Shown here: piece by piece, positions 33,701 to 37,609 of the stretch
How positions within the stretch are numbered: the first letter of the stretch is position 1
Layout: every line of letters starts with the position of its first letter
Program-made: the position numbers and the translations under genes
Assembly: GCF_000143415.4 (NCBI RefSeq)
Contig: NW_003314389.1
Coordinates: 1 to 37,609 of the forward strand
Reading direction: 5' to 3'
Length of the DNA stretch: 37,609 nt
Source: Selaginella moellendorffii
Lineage: Eukaryota > Plantae > Lycopodiophyta
Notes under the pieces: model-generated
The model's input: only the letters and a program-made list of their open reading frames with translations
What the model was told of the DNA's origin: nothing
The model's database searches: none

Positions 33701-36475
33701 TTACACACATCATAACATAACAAATATAACTCATAACATTATATCACATTTAAAATTCTCTTTGTTGAGTGAAGTCTTCTATTCTAGTCTTGTACTGTAT
33801 TTTCTATTGTATCTACTATATACCATCTTTGCACAACAAAATTATGTTTAATTTTAAGAATATAGTATTGAATCAATAAACTACTCTTTGTTCTGTAAAG
33901 GTTTTGTTCTATAGAACAATGAGTATGCTGAAATATTTTCAGGGAGATATATCATACCCAAGATAAATAGATCTTCTTTTTTAATTTTTCAATGTTAAAA
34001 TTTTTGATTGTATGCAAGGTTAAATTTATGTTAATTTTGCAACTATTCATCTCCAGAGAAATGGAAAATAATGCAATTAGATAATAATGCAAATGTTTGG
34101 GAAGATAAGATCATATTTTAATCATCACTAAANNNNNNNNNNNNNNNNNNNNNNNNNNNNNNNNNNNNNNNNNNNNNNNNNNNNNNNNNNNNNNNNNNNN
34201 NNNNNNNNNNNNNNNNNNNNNNNNNNNNNNNNAAAAAAAAATGTATACTACCAAACATAATAGGTTAATTTTGGGAAATTATAATTTTGATTGCATATTG
34301 AGCTAAAGTGTTTTTATCTGAACTGTAATAATACCTTTAACATTAATTTTTACTTAACTGTAATATTGCCTCTAAATTGCAAAGTTTACTAAAGAATAAT
34401 AAAATTTCCATTATATATTTGTTTTTACATTTAAAAATATACTTAAAGTAGATATAATGTTCATCTTAAGAAAAACCAGTAATAATAATTTATGATAAAG
34501 CTATGGACTCCAATAAAAAATAAATTACTATTAACTTATCCAACACTACTCACTAATAAGCAATTATATAAAGGTGAACATGATCACATATTAATATAGC
34601 TTATAAAATTATTATTGTTTTAAACATAAACATGGATCTAACACATTACTATGAAAATATTAATATTCATATGTATTATGTATTATATAAGAAAAAATTA
34701 GGAATTCGCTATTTCAATTTATATTTCTAATTTAGAGAAAAATATTGTAGTATTAAGTATGCCATTTGTGAGTAAAGTGCTACCATTGCATTTTATTCTT
34801 TACTTTATTTTATTAAAACATAAACTTTTGATACTTAAATTTTAAACAACTTAAAAACAATTATATAATTAGATATCATACTAATATATAATAAAACTTT
34901 AATAACATTTATTCTATGATTGAAATAATACCACCTGTATTATTGGTTTATAACACAAATGTAACATCTACTTATCAAAACATTTATAAAAATAATGTTT
35001 TCTTTTATAATTTATATTAATTTTAAAATGAATGTTGTAGAAAACTCTACTCTTGTTGACTAAATATGATTTTTAAAATTATTTACAATTAAAATAACTA
35101 ATGACATTTTTTTCATTTTCTTTAAGTATATTCATGTTTTGGATATTTACCTTATCAACACTTTCTCTGTATAGAAAAGATAAATTAGTTTATAATATAA
35201 TTACTAATTTATATTTCATAACAATAACACTCTTTTATTTTAGTACTTGCTTCAAATACTCCACTATCTGGTTTTAAACTAAAATATATATAGTCTAAAT
35301 ATTTTTTTTATTAATATTCAAATCCACCTTTCAGTATTTTTTTTATATATTTGTCATCTTGTAAAAACCATCTATAACACTTAATTTGTTTTGCCACTAT
35401 TTACATCTCTTGGAGTTAAAAAATAAAAATTCTAAATAACACACCTTGTTCAAAAGTCCTAAATACAAACTTTTAGGAGTATCATATAATTTCGTTTGAG
35501 AAAAATATTTTTATATATATATTTGAAGAAGGTGGGAATATATTTATATTATAAGTGGACTTAGCATATATAACAAAAGCAACCGTCATGGTAAGTTAGC
35601 ATCTTTTATCAAGTTCTAAGATGGAGAGAAAAGTATTACCAAGTCCCAACTGGATGCTACGACGGAAGAGTTTCCATCCAGGAAAATAGCAACACCTTAC
35701 AATCTCCGTTTGGGGATGCATCAGCTCTCATTAAAAACACTGGATATTTCAATTGGCTCCAAAACTGTAAAACAGTTGTAAATCACAAAATTTGTGAACC
35801 NNNNNNNNNNNNNNNNNNNNNNNNNNNNNNNNNNNNNNNNNNNNNNNNNNNNNNNNNNNNNNNNNNNNNNNNNNNNNNNNNNNNNNNNNNNNNNNNNNNN
35901 NNNNNNNNNNNNNNNNNNNNNNNNNNNNNNNNNNNNNNNNNNNNNNNNNNNNNNNNNNNNNNNNNNNNNNNNNNNNNNNNNNNNNNNNNNNNNNNNNNNN
36001 NNNNNNNNNNNNNNNNNNNNNNNNNNNNNNNNNNNNNNNNNNNNNNNNNNNNNNNNNNNNNNNNNNNNNNNNNNNNNNNNNNNNNNNNNNNNNNNNNNNN
36101 NNNNNNNNNNNNNNNNNNNNNNNNNNNNNNNNNGACACAGGAACGCCACCTGTTTACTCCTCCCATTTTCTCCTTGGCCTCGTTCTGGATGAAGGCCCGG
36201 TCCTCGAGGATGGCAGCATCCATGCTCTTTTTGCAGCGATGCTCCTCTCGCCCCATGTTTGCCCCAATCTGCCCAATCGCCCTAAAAAATTTCACTTGAT
36301 TTGGAGCGTCATTAAAATCACATTGAAGCGTTGCCACCCCTTTGGCACTTGATCTATGCCATTTATTTCAAGTTTTTGAATTTGAACCGTTAGATTATAA
36401 GTATATTCAGAAATAATATTCTAAAAATGGAATAAAAGACGCCGGATGCCATATGCACGTTTAAATAAGGGAGTA
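30708..36475 (-). mobile_element. Non-autonomous AT-rich Helitron unit 3 (3' end at 30708)
   Basis: Minus strand CCCAGT-GGA-GCTGGG-GTCTCTG-CTAG|TACTC at 30708-30733. The other boundary is the 36475/36476 junction. Three gaps inside. Confidence 0.65.
32593..32619 (-). mobile_element. Internal degenerate Helitron 3' terminus
   Basis: Minus strand TCCCAGC-AGA-GCTGGGA-TCCTTG-CTAT: perfect hairpin with the same spacing, but CTAG has become CTAT. Confidence 0.75.
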
Positions 36476-37609
36476 CTAGCAAAAGTCCCAGCTACGCTGG
36501 GAGCATTGTGTTTATTTCTGATATTTTAATAATTTCAAAGAGTTGTAAGCGTATTTGTAATTTTTAACATAATCATAATTATAAGATATATAGTCAAACA
36601 TAACATAATATTTATATTAAAAATATCTTCAACAATTGACTCCATCACCAACAAACATCATAACATAATAAATATAACTCAGTACATTATATTATATTTA
36701 AAATTCTGATTGTTGACTGAAGTCTTGGATATTCTATAAATGGAATTTCTCACTGTGGGATCCCATGGCCAGATGAGTCATTTTTATTAACTAATTTTTT
36801 CTTTTATTTGAAATCTCTATATAATTGATAAAAATCTTATTATTTGATGATTTATTAAACTATATAATTTCTCCTCTTAATAAAGTATGTGTTACTTAGG
36901 TACACTCAATTATAATTATGTTAAAAATATATTTAATATATATTTAAAAACTAACTTAAAGTGCATACAACTTTTTAATTTAAAAAAATATAAACATTGT
37001 TATGGAGTTTCTCTTTTCATCATTTGAGACTGAAAGTTTTGGAATTGCATAATAATAAGTGAAAGACGTTAGCTTTATGTGTTATATTTTCTTTTAAAAA
37101 CTTTTAATATTTTACATATTTATCATTGATACTCCCTTTTTACATAATATTTATATTCATGCATTTTGAGATTAATATTTAAAATAGAAAGTATTCTATT
37201 ATATATCATAAACATTAATTCTGTATTTAGTTTTATAAATCTAAAATAATATTATTATTTATTTATATTCATGCTTTTATATTTAAAATTAAGGCTTTAT
37301 AACACTGTCATGAATGCTGAAACTTTATGATGTTAAATGAATGGTAATGTTTTACTCTATACTGGGGTAGAGTAGGGTTTGATGATATATAATCTTGTCT
37401 TTATGCTAGAGCTATAATATATCAGAAAATTCATGAATGGTATATAGATAGGTTTAATATCATATAATTAAAATTCTGTATATGGTCCATGTACTAATGT
37501 TGTCTCAATCATATTTATACCTTATTATGTTTTTCATGTATAAATGCAATGTAGGATAAAGTGGTAGAAAATTTATGATATTATATAAAACCTAGACTAC
37601 ATCTTAGCC
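36476..37609 (-). mobile_element. 3' portion of Helitron unit 4 (runs off the window)
   Basis: CTAG at 36476-36479 and hairpin at 36486-36502, identical to the unit 2 terminus. Confidence 0.85.

Noticed and set aside
35640-35765. GVAIFLDGNSSVVASSWD resembling a WD40 repeat
   Set aside because: A single short match next to a gap, with a stop in frame.

Overview
Eukaryotic land-plant genomic scaffold, AT-rich, with 7 N-gaps. Introns of about 47-56 bp and a PLS-type PPR fragment suggest a lycophyte such as Selaginella (inference). Almost the whole window is a head-to-tail, same-orientation (minus strand) array of Helitron rolling-circle transposons. Helitron 3' ends (CCCAGC-nnn-GCTGGG hairpin plus CTAG) sit at 134, 25092, 30708 and 36476, with a decayed copy at 32593. 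Three of them abut the next unit through the same junction, CTAG|TACTC. The largest unit (~134-25091) carries a truncated, stop-interrupted Rep/helicase, an RPA70 gene, a second very divergent RPA70-like OB/Zn-finger gene, and a near-full-length intron-containing MORC (Microrchidia GHKL ATPase, a host transposon-silencing factor). It also carries an apparently intact 5-exon SKIP16-like F-box gene and small orphan genes. Short decayed host-gene fragments are scattered through units 1 and 2 (C2/inositol 5-phosphatase, Serinc, PPR, phototropin-type kinase, ATXR3/SDG2, HEN1-like, SGR2). All protein identities come from manual translation and recognition of motifs from memory; no database search was run. 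The scaffold gaps leave the continuity of the 25-kb unit unproven.
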